Shown here in pieces: positions 45,429-55,894 of a DNA stretch of 64,000 nucleotides. The stretch is from a virus, in IMG/VR virus record IMGVR_UViG_3300009506_000002, positions 1 to 64,000 of that record, one strand, 5' to 3'. Numbering within the stretch: the first letter of the stretch is position 1; the number at the start of each line of letters is the position of its first letter. Position numbers and translations under genes: made by a program. The notes under the pieces are model-generated. The model saw nothing but the letters and a program-made list of their open reading frames with translations, did no database searches and was not told where the DNA came from.

Positions 45429-47015
45429 TTATCCGATTACTTCTTCAAACTGTACAGCGGTCTTGACAGCCACGAAGTTGAGGTAGATGTAGTTGATTGA
45501 ACGAGCAGGCTTGATGTAGATATCACCAACGAACTCGTTTCTGTCAATCACTTCACCTGTGTTGTTTGTTTCGTCACATACAACACGGAAGTCGTAGATA
45601 CCACGACGACCCTGAACTTCACGCAGGAATGGCTCAACCATCTGAACGAAGCGGTTACGTGTGAACGAGTCATTGAACTCGAACAGTGTGTACTTCGCAG
45701 CGGTTGCAATTGCCTTCTCAAGGACAATGAACAAACGACGCACATTGATGCGATCGAATGCGCTTGGCTTGGTCTGCATGGTCTTGTCACCATACAGAAC
45801 TGTTCCTTCACCTGAGAACGCAACAACTGGGTTGATGCCTCTCTTGTAAAGCTCGTCGCGCTGTGCCTTGTTCGGGTTGAACGCCAGCTTGACAACGTTC
45901 TTGATCTGACCACGGTTGAATCCACCCGGAGACCACCATGCGTCTGCCACGTTGTCGGTACGAGCACACAGACCAGCAATGTCGCCGTTCAACGGTACCC
46001 AACGGTAGACGTCGTTATAGCGGTCGTACTGGTATTTGTAGTTGCCGTCCATTACACCGTAGCTTGAAGAGAAGTTGTAGTCGCCAGTGTCACGCAGAGT
46101 AGCAAGCTCCCCTTCAGGTGTAGTTGCTGGGTTGACGACGTCAGCCTGATCAGGCGAAACGAACGCCACGCAGTCCTTACGTACTTCGGCGATGCTCTGC
46201 ACGATGTACGCACCGGTTGCAGTTGGTGAGCCACCCTGCATAATCAGGTTGACATCGATCGATTCTGCATCCAGGAACAGGTCAAAGCCAGTGCGGTAAT
46301 CTGCGTCGACCAGAGCAGCGCCGTCAGCGCCAGAGCTCAAGGTGTAGACGACAGGAGAACCTGCGTTGTCAGTGACCAGTGCAGCAGAATTGATACACCA
46401 GACGTACTTCGATGCTCTTGCGAGGTAGTCTTCGCAGTATTTTGTGTCTCCCTGGAAGTTCTTTGTGCCAGCAGTCTTGTCTACGATGTGTGTTTCAACA
46501 ATCGTACCTGCTTTCAGAACTACCACGAAGAATTCTGTACCTGTAGGCGCATAGTCAAACTGTCCTTCGTAAGTCCAGCCTACGAAGTTGTTGACGTCTG
46601 CGACATGAACCACGATATCGTTGCCTTCCACGCCTGGGTACTTGGCGATGAACGCATCAGTCGCCGCGGTCTGCAGGGTTGGTAGCTGGGCTTCGTAGTC
46701 TGCAAAATTCTTGATTAGTACGCCAGTGCCTGAATCCGCAGCGTTGAGAGCTCCGGCGCCTACGACACGAACGAGTTTAGCGTTTCGTGAGTAAGACAGG
46801 AAGTTAGCGATAGTGAACCAATCCTTGTAATTTGCATCAGTAGGGCCGTAGAAACGGGTGACAATATCAGCTTCTCGAGCCAATAGAGTTACTTCTTCGA
46901 CCGGACCCCATGAGAATGCGCCAGCCATAGCACCAATAGAAGTTGCTACTGCAGGAACAGATGTGGTTAGATCTTGTTCATTTACATCTACAATAGCAGA
47001 CAATGAGAATCCCAT
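45429..47015 (-). CDS. 18: Tail sheath protein gp18
   Basis: 'F.WGPVEE', 'YD.YND..RW.P.NGD.AG', 'SAFDRINVRRLF', 'KPARSIN'. Confidence 0.98.
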   Translation of the reverse strand: MGFSLSAIVDVNEQDLTTSVPAVATSIGAMAGAFSWGPVEEVTLLAREADIVTRFYGPTDANYKDWFTIANFLSYSRNAKLVRVVGAGALNAADSGTGVLIKNFADYEAQLPTLQTAATDAFIAKYPGVEGNDIVVHVADVNNFVGWTYEGQFDYAPTGTEFFVVVLKAGTIVETHIVDKTAGTKNFQGDTKYCEDYLARASKYVWCINSAALVTDNAGSPVVYTLSSGADGAALVDADYRTGFDLFLDAESIDVNLIMQGGSPTATGAYIVQSIAEVRKDCVAFVSPDQADVVNPATTPEGELATLRDTGDYNFSSSYGVMDGNYKYQYDRYNDVYRWVPLNGDIAGLCARTDNVADAWWSPGGFNRGQIKNVVKLAFNPNKAQRDELYKRGINPVVAFSGEGTVLYGDKTMQTKPSAFDRINVRRLFIVLEKAIATAAKYTLFEFNDSFTRNRFVQMVEPFLREVQGRRGIYDFRVVCDETNNTGEVIDRNEFVGDIYIKPARSINYIYLNFVAVKTAVQFEEVIG

Positions 47016-47085
47016 GTTATTAACTCCTTATTTATTTGCCGTATGACATCTATATTTGTATTATTTATTAAAGTCCGTCTTTCAT

Positions 47086-48672
47086 TTAAGCAGACGACCA
47101 GACCAGTCCGTCAGTATCAACCTCATAATGAGGTTCGTCGGAATCTAGTCCATCCTCGATGAAGCCGAATGGTGAAAGATCCTCTTCAATTTGTTGCAAT
47201 TCGTTGGCGAAAATCATCTGGCTAAGGTTGAAGCCAGCACGGAGTTCGTCAAAGAACGTGCGTGTGGTGAGCCATGCAAAAAGAACAAGCGTCATTACAA
47301 GGTCGTCGTGGAATCCAACGTCCGCCTCGTATGACGTTCCCTTCTGAATGAATCCGCCAAGCTCGAGGATTGTGTTCTTGTCTTTGATGATCAGTTTCGA
47401 GTTCTCGAGCAAATCTCGAAGTGTTGAACATCCAAGCGCTTTAACAGACTTGGTTGTTCGTATTCCAAGTGAATATTTCTTGTCCCCACCAATAGAAACA
47501 AGATTTTCGTACTCGTATTCATAGTTAAGGATATTGACAACTTGCTCGCCAATGTCATTCGTTTCTACCAGTACGTAGGCATCATTGTACTTCTTACCTA
47601 CTTCGTTGATGACCTTAGGGTAGATCAATGGTGAAATAAGGCTGTCGTAGAATGTTGCAACTTGCACAAACGGGTACTCTGTGACATCTATCACAGAGAA
47701 CGCTGAATTGTCTAATCCCTTACCGCGTGAAGTGTCAACAACCAAACAGTAAGAATGTCCTAGGATAGGATTAATGTAGGTGCGTAGATTGCCATCGCGC
47801 AGCTTGTATTCTGGTTCTTCGACAAGCATCTTGCGCAGGTAGCCTGATGAGATCAGCGTATTAGCTGAACCCAAGAAGTGGTTTTCGTGTTCCTGCAGGA
47901 ATGCTTCGTACGAGGTGTTCGCAATTGTTTCAGTGCGCCACTCCTCATCTCGTCCGGGTACGTCGCGCCAGTTAACCTCAAACGGGTGGAATGAACTCTT
48001 GCCATTGATGGCATCCTGCCACATTCGGTAGTAGTGGTTCATGCCGTTAGCAGTTGACACTAGAACGATTCGTGATGTCTTACCTGACGCAATTGTCGGA
48101 TAGGTTGAAGCGTAGAACTCCTCCCAGATGTCAAGGAACGCGCACTCATCCACGAATAGATAAGCAACTGGCAAACCACGAATTGAGTCTGTTGACGTAC
48201 CAGCGGTGATTATCTTTGAGCCGTTCTCAAGTTCAATTGATCCTTTGTTCCACTCGATTACGCCCTGTTGCAGCCAGTACGGCAGGTTCTCGTAGGCCAT
48301 TTGGATACGAGACAAGATTTCGCGCGCGGTTGCACCCTTGTTAGCAAGGATTGCGCATGTCTTGTGATCATTGAAGAGGATATAGTGGAGCATATCCACA
48401 GTGATCGTGGTTGTTTTACCAGACTGACGAGACTGCAAGATGATATTGAAGCGATGGTCGCCCAAGTGTTGCAGCAGGTTCTTCTGATATTCATAGAGCG
48501 GAATGTTGATCAGTCCGTGGTCGACGTGGACGATCTTCATGTACTTCTCTGCGAAATACACCTTATCATTCATGCAGCGCTCGTACTCGAGCACCTGCTC
48601 TTTTGTGAAGTTGATTTTCTGACCAGCGCGCTTTAGGTTAGGATTGCCTAGGTAGGTCTGGTAGACAGTCAT
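47086..48672 (-). CDS. 17: Terminase large subunit gp17
   Basis: 'YLGNPNLK', 'RQSGKTT', 'DECAF', 'HDDLVM'. Confidence 0.98.
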   Translation of the reverse strand: MTVYQTYLGNPNLKRAGQKINFTKEQVLEYERCMNDKVYFAEKYMKIVHVDHGLINIPLYEYQKNLLQHLGDHRFNIILQSRQSGKTTTITVDMLHYILFNDHKTCAILANKGATAREILSRIQMAYENLPYWLQQGVIEWNKGSIELENGSKIITAGTSTDSIRGLPVAYLFVDECAFLDIWEEFYASTYPTIASGKTSRIVLVSTANGMNHYYRMWQDAINGKSSFHPFEVNWRDVPGRDEEWRTETIANTSYEAFLQEHENHFLGSANTLISSGYLRKMLVEEPEYKLRDGNLRTYINPILGHSYCLVVDTSRGKGLDNSAFSVIDVTEYPFVQVATFYDSLISPLIYPKVINEVGKKYNDAYVLVETNDIGEQVVNILNYEYEYENLVSIGGDKKYSLGIRTTKSVKALGCSTLRDLLENSKLIIKDKNTILELGGFIQKGTSYEADVGFHDDLVMTLVLFAWLTTRTFFDELRAGFNLSQMIFANELQQIEEDLSPFGFIEDGLDSDEPHYEVDTDGLVWSSA

Positions 48673-49118
48673 TAGTTACTCTTCAGCTCTTTGATTGTCT
48701 TACGCAGATCCTCGGTAGTCCCAACGTGGATGTGGTTGTGCTGCTCTTTCGGCGCATTAGGGTCCGAGTTCTTTTCAGAATCAATCTTGGCAGCTTTGCT
48801 TGACAATTCAAGTAGGTCTTGTGATAGTTCAGACATCTGCTTCAAGATATTGGCAGCAACCTCAAGCGCGCGCGGGTGCTTTGATTCTTGAGCGACGAGA
48901 ATCGCATCATTCAGCACTTGACCACCCTTCTCGATCAAATCGTGAAGAGTGCCGCGTGCGTAGTTGTAATCGTCAGTGATGTCCTGATCTGTAGGTCGAA
49001 GCGTACCCTTCTGTCTCTTGTGCATCTGCTTGAGAGCAGGCTTTGCGTCCTTCACTTCAACAAGGAAAGAATCGGAGATTTCAAGTGCTTCTACAATTGC
49101 TTCATCTGTACCAGACAT
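48672..49118 (-). CDS. 16: Terminase small subunit gp16
   Basis: 'DYNYAR..L..L', 'HPRA.EV', 'VG.T.DL'. Confidence 0.92.
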   Translation of the reverse strand: MSGTDEAIVEALEISDSFLVEVKDAKPALKQMHKRQKGTLRPTDQDITDDYNYARGTLHDLIEKGGQVLNDAILVAQESKHPRALEVAANILKQMSELSQDLLELSSKAAKIDSEKNSDPNAPKEQHNHIHVGTTEDLRKTIKELKSN

Positions 49119-49135
49119 AGTTTAATATGTAGCGT

Positions 49136-49915
49136 TTATCCTAATTGCGATGGGTCGATTGTGATGACAGTTACCGGAGTCCAGATGTCCTCTTTGTTAG
49201 CTGCCAGCGGATCAACCTGAACATTGATGTCTTCGAGCAGGTTGGTCATCGAAGGATCATTGTACATATTGACAATCGCAGTTTTAATCGGCTTGCTATC
49301 CACTGTACGGTGGTAGATGTAGCCTTTGGCAACAATGTCAAACGACCAAGAGATGAGACGATTCTTTACAAATCCGTCTTGGTAGTTGTCATCCTTTACC
49401 ACGTTTGAAATTGAGATCGGAACGTCCTGAGTTACCAGCGCGCCATTCTCATCAATCATCTTGATGACGAGGTTATAGCTCGGCGCGAAGTATGGAAGAA
49501 TCTGTTCCATCATCTGCAGACCATCCTCTACACGGTTTGAGTAGACGGATAGGTTGAACATGAAATTATACGGAATCGGCTGGTACATCTGCGTGCGCAG
49601 TGTTGAACCAGTAGCCGAAGGCATGTTGATTTTCTGTGTCGTATTAAGCTGGCGAGTCGGATCGTACACAGGACCCTCAAAGTCAAACGACATTCTTGGT
49701 AGCGTTTTCTGAACCCAGTCTTCAGTCATACCACCTACGTCATCGCGCAGCTTTGACCAGTAACCTGTTCGTGGCGCAAACGCCAGCGGGACCTTGATGT
49801 CTTTGATCAGTGTACCCACGGCATCCTTCTGCAAGACGTGGACATCGTTGAACAGTGTGCCGATTGCAACTGTCAGCTTTCTGATGGTTTCATGATAGAA
49901 CGGTGTTCCGAGCAT
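49136..49915 (-). CDS. 15: Tail sheath stabilizer / completion protein gp15
   Basis: 'FYH..IRK....GTLFN', 'LPRMSF', 'EQILP.F.P'. Confidence 0.95.
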   Translation of the reverse strand: MLGTPFYHETIRKLTVAIGTLFNDVHVLQKDAVGTLIKDIKVPLAFAPRTGYWSKLRDDVGGMTEDWVQKTLPRMSFDFEGPVYDPTRQLNTTQKINMPSATGSTLRTQMYQPIPYNFMFNLSVYSNRVEDGLQMMEQILPYFAPSYNLVIKMIDENGALVTQDVPISISNVVKDDNYQDGFVKNRLISWSFDIVAKGYIYHRTVDSKPIKTAIVNMYNDPSMTNLLEDINVQVDPLAANKEDIWTPVTVITIDPSQLG

Positions 49916-49925
49916 TTATTTCACC

Positions 49926-50546
49926 TTATGGTTGACCAAATGGATTACTCTCACTAAAGTCGAGAATTGTGATAGCCTCATTCTCAATATTTACGTTGTC
50001 AGCATACGGATCAAGAGCGTCAAGATTTGTCTCGACATCGTCAACGGCAGGAATGCCAGTATTGAGTCTCTCGCCAGAGTAGTCAAACAGCTCGCATCTC
50101 AAGCGATATGTAGGTAGCGTTCCGTTAGGGTAGAACTGATTTTCGTGCTCTACGAATTTGATTTCAAACAGTGAGCCAGACAGCGGGAAGTGAATAAGGT
50201 CACCTTCAAGTGGCTTCGACATACCAGTGGCCTCAACAAAGCGCTCTCTTGAAACTGCCAGCTCCACTTGGTCGTTGATGCTGAAACCGAAGTTCATCAG
50301 CATATCGCCATCGCCCTCAAAGCCATCGAATGACTCGATGTACATTTCAAGCGGATAGTTGCTCTCGAATGATGAGATTATATCCTCATGAAAGAGCGTG
50401 TCTTCCTTTTGCAGTGTACGAGGTAGGTAGTTGCACTCAATACCAAACATCTGGATTGACTCGGTCACCCATCCTTGCACAAGGGCACGCTCGTTGGCAT
50501 TGCCAGCGTCTTGGCCGTGTAGCTTGAAATATGGATTAACAGCCAT
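49926..50546 (-). CDS. 14: Neck protein gp14
   Basis: 'E.IQ..G....YLPR', 'P.EGDLI.FP', 'FEIKFVEHE..FY', 'DFSE.NPFG'. Confidence 0.95.
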   Translation of the reverse strand: MAVNPYFKLHGQDAGNANERALVQGWVTESIQMFGIECNYLPRTLQKEDTLFHEDIISSFESNYPLEMYIESFDGFEGDGDMLMNFGFSINDQVELAVSRERFVEATGMSKPLEGDLIHFPLSGSLFEIKFVEHENQFYPNGTLPTYRLRCELFDYSGERLNTGIPAVDDVETNLDALDPYADNVNIENEAITILDFSESNPFGQP

Positions 50547-50549
50547 CTA

Positions 50550-51716
50550 TTATCCCCACATGAAGTCAATTGGGAGTTCGTAGTCTAGGCTGAAGGCCTC
50601 TTCGAGTTTGGTGATCTCTTCCTCAGCCTCATCAAAGATGTCCTTACCGTTCATGGTGATTCCACCTGGAAGCTGTACGCCATCAAATTTCTTGATGTTG
50701 CTTCCCCACTGCTTCTTGATCAGTGCAGTCGCATACTTCTTAACCCAGCGCTCGTTGTAGACGTTCGTTGATTCAATCGGATCGAGAGCCTTGTAGCCAT
50801 GCAAGATGAGCATTGAATTGAAGTAGAGGTATGGGTTGTAGACGAAGAATGTTTCGCCAGCGCTAGCGGCTGTACCTTCAACAATGACCTGAATGTCGTC
50901 GACGTGACCATCTGCGAATGTAGCAGTCACGTACTCGCCCTTCCATACATTTGACGGAGTGACAATCTTCGAGCCAACGATAGTTCCTGCAGAGTCCTTC
51001 AGGGTGATTGTGACGGGCCCTGTGTATGTGCCCGCACGCAATGACACCCAGATAGTGGCAACGCCACGAACGTAGGAGTCAGTTAGATAGGTTTGTCTCA
51101 ATCCAAACGCACCAGCAGCCCCAGACGCCACCGTATGCGCTTTTTCTGCGCCCAGAGGGTCTGTGGTATCATTAGACGTCAAAACAGCGTTAATGGCTGT
51201 CCAGTTAGCCGTTGTGATGTCAGTATTGTCCTTGAGAAGATTCTGTGTACCAACATCTGAGAGCTTCCAACGTGGCAGCAAGCGGTTAGATGCTGAATTG
51301 AACGAGAACGATCTTTCAGGTGTGAACAGATTGCGCAGCAATGCGATATGCTGCATTCCGATGTAGTATTCGGAAAGCTGTGAACGCATCAGATCCTTGT
51401 GGTTTTCCACCATGAACTGATATTGAACATCGGCCATAGCCTCAGATGAAAGTTGCTGGTTCTGGCTCATGATGTCAATTACCGCAACAAACTCATCTGG
51501 AACGTTCAGGTAGCCGCGCTCGATGTCTGGACGACGTACGACGTATCTATAGTAGACTTCTTCAACGCCGTTGTAGTGGCGCTCGGTGAAGTATTCGATT
51601 GCCTCATCGATTCTGTCGTAGGCCTGCGTGTCGTCAATTTCAATGTTGATGACAGGTGAGCCTAGCTTTCTCAGGCAATAGTTTTTAAGGTCTTCTGCAG
51701 ACTCAATGATAGCCAT
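50550..51716 (-). CDS. 13: Neck protein gp13 with an inserted beta-sandwich domain
   Basis: 'YCLRKLG.PVINIE', 'W.K.YATALIK.QWG.N..KF.G.QLPGG'. Confidence 0.93.
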   Translation of the reverse strand: MAIIESAEDLKNYCLRKLGSPVINIEIDDTQAYDRIDEAIEYFTERHYNGVEEVYYRYVVRRPDIERGYLNVPDEFVAVIDIMSQNQQLSSEAMADVQYQFMVENHKDLMRSQLSEYYIGMQHIALLRNLFTPERSFSFNSASNRLLPRWKLSDVGTQNLLKDNTDITTANWTAINAVLTSNDTTDPLGAEKAHTVASGAAGAFGLRQTYLTDSYVRGVATIWVSLRAGTYTGPVTITLKDSAGTIVGSKIVTPSNVWKGEYVTATFADGHVDDIQVIVEGTAASAGETFFVYNPYLYFNSMLILHGYKALDPIESTNVYNERWVKKYATALIKKQWGSNIKKFDGVQLPGGITMNGKDIFDEAEEEITKLEEAFSLDYELPIDFMWG

Positions 51717-51865
51717 TATTCTACCTCAGTTAGACTTTGTAGCGGTGCGCCAGTATTTATCTCTATCAGCGCGAACGTATCTTGTGTGTCGGTTATCGTT
51801 GGTGCGTCAACGACCTCCGTCATTACGGCACTGACCGAAACCTCAGACAGTGTGAACGTGATCAT
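51716..51865 (-). CDS. Small hypothetical protein, 49 aa
   Basis: MITFTLSEVSVSAVMTEVVDAPT...; TAATG-coupled at both ends. Confidence 0.5.
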   Translation of the reverse strand: MITFTLSEVSVSAVMTEVVDAPTITDTQDTFALIEINTGAPLQSLTEVE

Positions 51866-52221
51866 TAAGGAGCAACCGAAACAGTGATATCCTGCAGCAC
51901 CTTAACTTTACCAGAAAGCAGTGTCTCGACGTCTGCCGGCGCGCCATCAATCACGCGCTGGAAGTCATAGTAGTAGGTGCCTTCTGGGATATACTGGGTT
52001 TGATTTGATGGCAGGGTAATGTGCATGATGCCAGTTGCAGGACTATCGGCAGCGTCATCGCCAGCCAGTGCCCACACTTGCAGAAGTGCAGCATTATCAT
52101 GGTCTGTCTTGTTTGTCTTCAGTGTGCAAACAATTCGCCAGCCAGTGATGTCGGTGGTTGCGCCGAAGTCAAACTTGTACTTCTTGGTGTCACCACGGTA
52201 AAAATTTGAGATTCCTGCCAT
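51865..52221 (-). CDS. Virion accessory protein (BppU/Ig-like)
   Basis: 'RGDT..Y.F', 'DITG', 'G.Y.YD.Q', 'TLL.G.V.V' pattern. Confidence 0.65.
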   Translation of the reverse strand: MAGISNFYRGDTKKYKFDFGATTDITGWRIVCTLKTNKTDHDNAALLQVWALAGDDAADSPATGIMHITLPSNQTQYIPEGTYYYDFQRVIDGAPADVETLLSGKVKVLQDITVSVAP

Positions 52222-52231
52222 CAGTCAATCC

Positions 52232-53608
52232 TTATGTTCTGATTTCTCTCCAAGTGATTGCCGCATACATTACACCAACAAGACCAGTGTCGCTGGTTGC
52301 AGCGATGGTGATTGAGTCGTGGTGTCCGTCTGGGTTAATGATCATCTTGAAGCCAATTTCTTGTGAGCCTTGTGTCTGGGCCTTGACAACGCCACCTGAA
52401 GCCAGATAGCCTTCGAGAATCTCACGACCCTCTTCTCCTGGAGTGGTTGAACGTTCAGCAGTACCGCCTGTGTTGATATGGTATTCTGCAACAGATTCAG
52501 TACCGTTGTCTGTGTAGCTGACAATCGCACCTTGGCCTGCTGCTCGGATTATCGCATCCTCAAGGATAGCCCAGTGAACGGTGTTGTTTTCTGCCATGAT
52601 ATTGATATCGAGTGCAATCATGGTTGACTTGTTCGTAACGCCCTTGAACAATGATTTAGGACGGATACTGAGAACTGGTGTAAGAACACCAGGAGTTTGA
52701 GACAGAGGAACTGAAACAAGCTCGGTAGAGCGTGACTTCAAGAATCCTCGCTTTTCATATCCTCCCTCTGAGAATGCAGAGCAGCAGATTTGGTTCAACG
52801 TGCCAGTATTTGCACCTGTGACGTTCTCAATCTCGTATGCCATGAACAGACTTGGGTTGCTCATGTAGACTGTATCAATGTTGTTTGCGTTGAGAATTTC
52901 ATGCACGTAGATGAACTTGCCGTCGATGTTCAGACCAAAGCGGATACGACCAGCACCGAGCCACTGGAAGTCAATCAAAAAGATTTGTGACTTAGCTGGG
53001 TTTAGTAGAATTCCAGACTCATTCACTGTTTCGACTGAATTTGTGCCGTCGAGTCGATCAATGTTCCATGATGACTGCGGGATCTTTGTTTCAAGCGGCG
53101 CACCTGATACTGACGAGCGCAAGCAAACGCCCATCTCGGTACCGTCAGAATAGAAGTACAAACCATCATCGTCATCAAACAGACCAATACGCTTTGTGAT
53201 GCCAGCGGTATGGCCGTTAAAGTTGCCAGTGAAAATCGTCAGCAAAGAACGTCCTGGCTGGTAGTGGATTCGCTCTGAAGAGTAGTTGCCAGCTTTTGAA
53301 CCAACGGCAGCAGTTACCGAAAGAACCTGAGAGGCATTTGGTGTATCGTTTGTGACCGCACCGCCGTTGGCAACAACCTCAGTAAAGAGGTGTGTCTGCT
53401 TACCGTAAACGAATGAGGCGTCAAAGATCGCGTATGGGTTTGATGTTCGTAGACGTGAGAACGCATCAATTGCCGCGCCATCACCTAGACCAATATAGAA
53501 CGGTCTGTCGAGTATGCCGTTTTGTTCGCCTCGGTCATCAACAGTGGCTACCGCATTGAAGAGTTCACCGTCGGTATTTACATCGTGTTGCTTAATTTTT
53601 GGTGGCAT
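52232..53608 (-). CDS. Putative virion structural protein with a lectin-like beta-sandwich
   Basis: 'DAF.RLR.S', 'YQPG', 'RIG.FD..DG.YF', 'W..D.LDG', 'W.G.G..RFG'; late promoter upstream. Confidence 0.7.
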   Translation of the reverse strand: MPPKIKQHDVNTDGELFNAVATVDDRGEQNGILDRPFYIGLGDGAAIDAFSRLRTSNPYAIFDASFVYGKQTHLFTEVVANGGAVTNDTPNASQVLSVTAAVGSKAGNYSSERIHYQPGRSLLTIFTGNFNGHTAGITKRIGLFDDDDGLYFYSDGTEMGVCLRSSVSGAPLETKIPQSSWNIDRLDGTNSVETVNESGILLNPAKSQIFLIDFQWLGAGRIRFGLNIDGKFIYVHEILNANNIDTVYMSNPSLFMAYEIENVTGANTGTLNQICCSAFSEGGYEKRGFLKSRSTELVSVPLSQTPGVLTPVLSIRPKSLFKGVTNKSTMIALDINIMAENNTVHWAILEDAIIRAAGQGAIVSYTDNGTESVAEYHINTGGTAERSTTPGEEGREILEGYLASGGVVKAQTQGSQEIGFKMIINPDGHHDSITIAATSDTGLVGVMYAAITWREIRT

Positions 53609-53636
53609 GGTATTCTCCTGCTATCCGATTATTTAT

Positions 53637-54533
53637 TTAGAACACTGAGGTTAGTGTTGCAAAAGGCTTCTTGTCAAGCGTAATACCCGCACCTAGGTGA
53701 AGGTCTTTAATCAATGGCAAGTATTCACCAAGATTGACCGAACCAATTTCCAGACCGACATTGTAGCTGCTAGGAGCTGTGAGCATGAACGTAGGCGACA
53801 AAATCTGGAACACAGGCAACTGCTTTTCGTAGCCGTAGTTCATAAAGTTGAATTTGCCGATGATGCCATACTCTGCAGGTATTGCAGTGTACGCGCCAAG
53901 AGACACGGTAGGGTTCCACCATGACCAAACAAGCGGCTTATCCTGCAGTTCCTGGAATTGTGCGTCTTTTATGTTGAGGCGTAGCTTGACATCTTCATAA
54001 CCCTTTCTGCTTGGCGATGATGCCCATACAGAAACAGTATTGTGAACGCCTCCGTCGTAATCCTCAGATCGGACTATTTGTGCAGTGTAGTCAATCTGAT
54101 ATGTCTTTGAGAGCCAAGGATCAATTCCCTTTGCATCCTTGTTTGGTGAGTACAACGCGACACCGATTGGCAAGCGCGCGCCAGTTTCATCCTGCCAGTA
54201 GAGCTCTTTCTTCTTTACGCCATATTTCTCAACGTTTGTGCCGCCTTCATTGGATCGCTCTTGCCACTTGGCATCGATGGTGGCCTTGATTTCACCACGA
54301 GCCTTGATCATGTGAGAATTTACGCTCTTGGCGATGATCTCATCAATGCCAGCCATGTCAATCTTGTGAACAATCTCTGTTCGTCCTTGAACCACGCCTG
54401 GGGCAATATTCTGGAAATCCGTTCCGTGCTTTGTGCCTGCTCCTTGATCAGTGAACAGTGAAAAGGCGATGAAAGCCGCCATTGCTACAAGAAGGATGTC
54501 CTTAAGGTCAAATGACTTGCTGAAGAGTTCCAT
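53637..54533 (-). CDS. Membrane-anchored hypothetical protein (lysis cassette)
   Basis: N-terminal TM helix; C-terminal amphipathic beta strands ending in F. Confidence 0.65.
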   Translation of the reverse strand: MELFSKSFDLKDILLVAMAAFIAFSLFTDQGAGTKHGTDFQNIAPGVVQGRTEIVHKIDMAGIDEIIAKSVNSHMIKARGEIKATIDAKWQERSNEGGTNVEKYGVKKKELYWQDETGARLPIGVALYSPNKDAKGIDPWLSKTYQIDYTAQIVRSEDYDGGVHNTVSVWASSPSRKGYEDVKLRLNIKDAQFQELQDKPLVWSWWNPTVSLGAYTAIPAEYGIIGKFNFMNYGYEKQLPVFQILSPTFMLTAPSSYNVGLEIGSVNLGEYLPLIKDLHLGAGITLDKKPFATLTSVF

Positions 54534-54895
54534 TATTTACCTGAGAGCCAATCCGCAAGACCTTGCTTGAATCCGCCTTCGGGGCCCTTGCGCAGCCATT
54601 TGATAGTCGGCACGTAGAGTGCAGAGATGGCAACTGAAAGCGCAAGACCAAGTCCTACACCTGACTGCCAATCCGTACCTTCGGTGAGCAAGATAAAACC
54701 ACCAAGAGCACCAATCGAACCAGAGATAAGGCGAGTGATCAGTCGGTGTGTCTTGTCTTGGAGCTTACCGCCAAAGTACATCTTACCGATCTGGGTTACA
54801 GACACAATCATCAACACAACCCAGAGAGGCTTGTAGGCTATGATCTCTTTTGCAAAAGTCCAGCCTTGATCTAGATACTGAAAGAATTCTTCCAT
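54533..54895 (-). CDS. Putative holin-like membrane protein
   Basis: Three TM helices; adjacent to the amidase. Confidence 0.55.
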   Translation of the reverse strand: MEEFFQYLDQGWTFAKEIIAYKPLWVVLMIVSVTQIGKMYFGGKLQDKTHRLITRLISGSIGALGGFILLTEGTDWQSGVGLGLALSVAISALYVPTIKWLRKGPEGGFKQGLADWLSGK

Positions 54896-54896
54896 G

Positions 54897-55475
54897 TTAT
54901 GCCTCGAATGCTCGGACCGCTTCTACGAGGCTTTCGGCAACTTTAGTGAGTCCTTCCTTCGTTGTCAAGAACTTCTTGGCGAATCCGTTGTTATCAATGT
55001 ATCCTGGCTCAGGAATGAACGCAGGACAATTGGTTTTGTCAGTGAAATAGTCAGGTTTTGTTCCGGGGTCAGAACCACCCCAATAGAGCCCTTTGCGGCC
55101 GCCTAGATCCCTTTCTCCAAGCTTCTTTGCGATTGCAGCCGACATTTTATCAGCTTGACTCTTTCGAGCGGCACTGGTCGGATAGTGCATGACCATTACG
55201 CCATAGCCCTTCTTATCATCAGTGTCCTCGAGCTCTGCATCAGCATTGAAGTGGAGGTCGAATGCAAGATCGAATTTTGGCACGGTAGCATTGATGCGCT
55301 TGACCTTTTCAGATAGCTTGCCAGCGAAGACCTGAACGGTATGACCGTCAGCTCGCAGCAATTCCTCCGCTATCTTGATGATCTCGATAGCGACGTCGTT
55401 TTCAGTCAGCTTGTGCTTCTTGTTTTCCGCGCCTTTCGCGTTTGTGTGGTGTCCTGGACAAATTGCTATTCTCAT
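54897..55475 (-). CDS. N-acetylmuramoyl-L-alanine amidase (Amidase_3), endolysin
   Basis: 'I.I.PGH', 'E', 'DLHFNA', 'PA.I.E.GYI'. Confidence 0.9.
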   Translation of the reverse strand: MRIAICPGHHTNAKGAENKKHKLTENDVAIEIIKIAEELLRADGHTVQVFAGKLSEKVKRINATVPKFDLAFDLHFNADAELEDTDDKKGYGVMVMHYPTSAARKSQADKMSAAIAKKLGERDLGGRKGLYWGGSDPGTKPDYFTDKTNCPAFIPEPGYIDNNGFAKKFLTTKEGLTKVAESLVEAVRAFEA

Positions 55476-55483
55476 AATGTTAT

Positions 55484-55894
55484 TTATGAGAGATTGTTAT
55501 GTGACTCCGGGTAGATAGTTTCGTGGTATCTGCCACTATCAGACTCTTCTTGGTTCATGTGACGGATTATCCATGCGTATGCAACCAGCATGAAGGTCTC
55601 GAAGATCTTACCAGTGACGTTGACAAACTCACTGACCTTGTCGAGGTGCACGGGTGCGTGAGCAGACAGCCATAGGTGAGCGCCGTATGAGATGACAAGG
55701 AAGAATGATACAATAGATGTCAGCAATGAGAAGGAGATGTGGTCGGTGTTATGCTGCTTCTCAGTCTGCGAAACGACCTTTTTAGCGTTCCGAATTGAGA
55801 CGAAAGACAGCTTTGTTGAGATTGCGAAGATGTAGATCGTGATCAGCAGTTGCACGAGATCTTCAAGATGGCTATTGATTAGATCAATCCACAT
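55484..55894 (-). CDS. Hypothetical membrane protein
   Basis: Three hydrophobic helices. Confidence 0.65.
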   Translation of the reverse strand: MWIDLINSHLEDLVQLLITIYIFAISTKLSFVSIRNAKKVVSQTEKQHNTDHISFSLLTSIVSFFLVISYGAHLWLSAHAPVHLDKVSEFVNVTGKIFETFMLVAYAWIIRHMNQEESDSGRYHETIYPESHNNLS

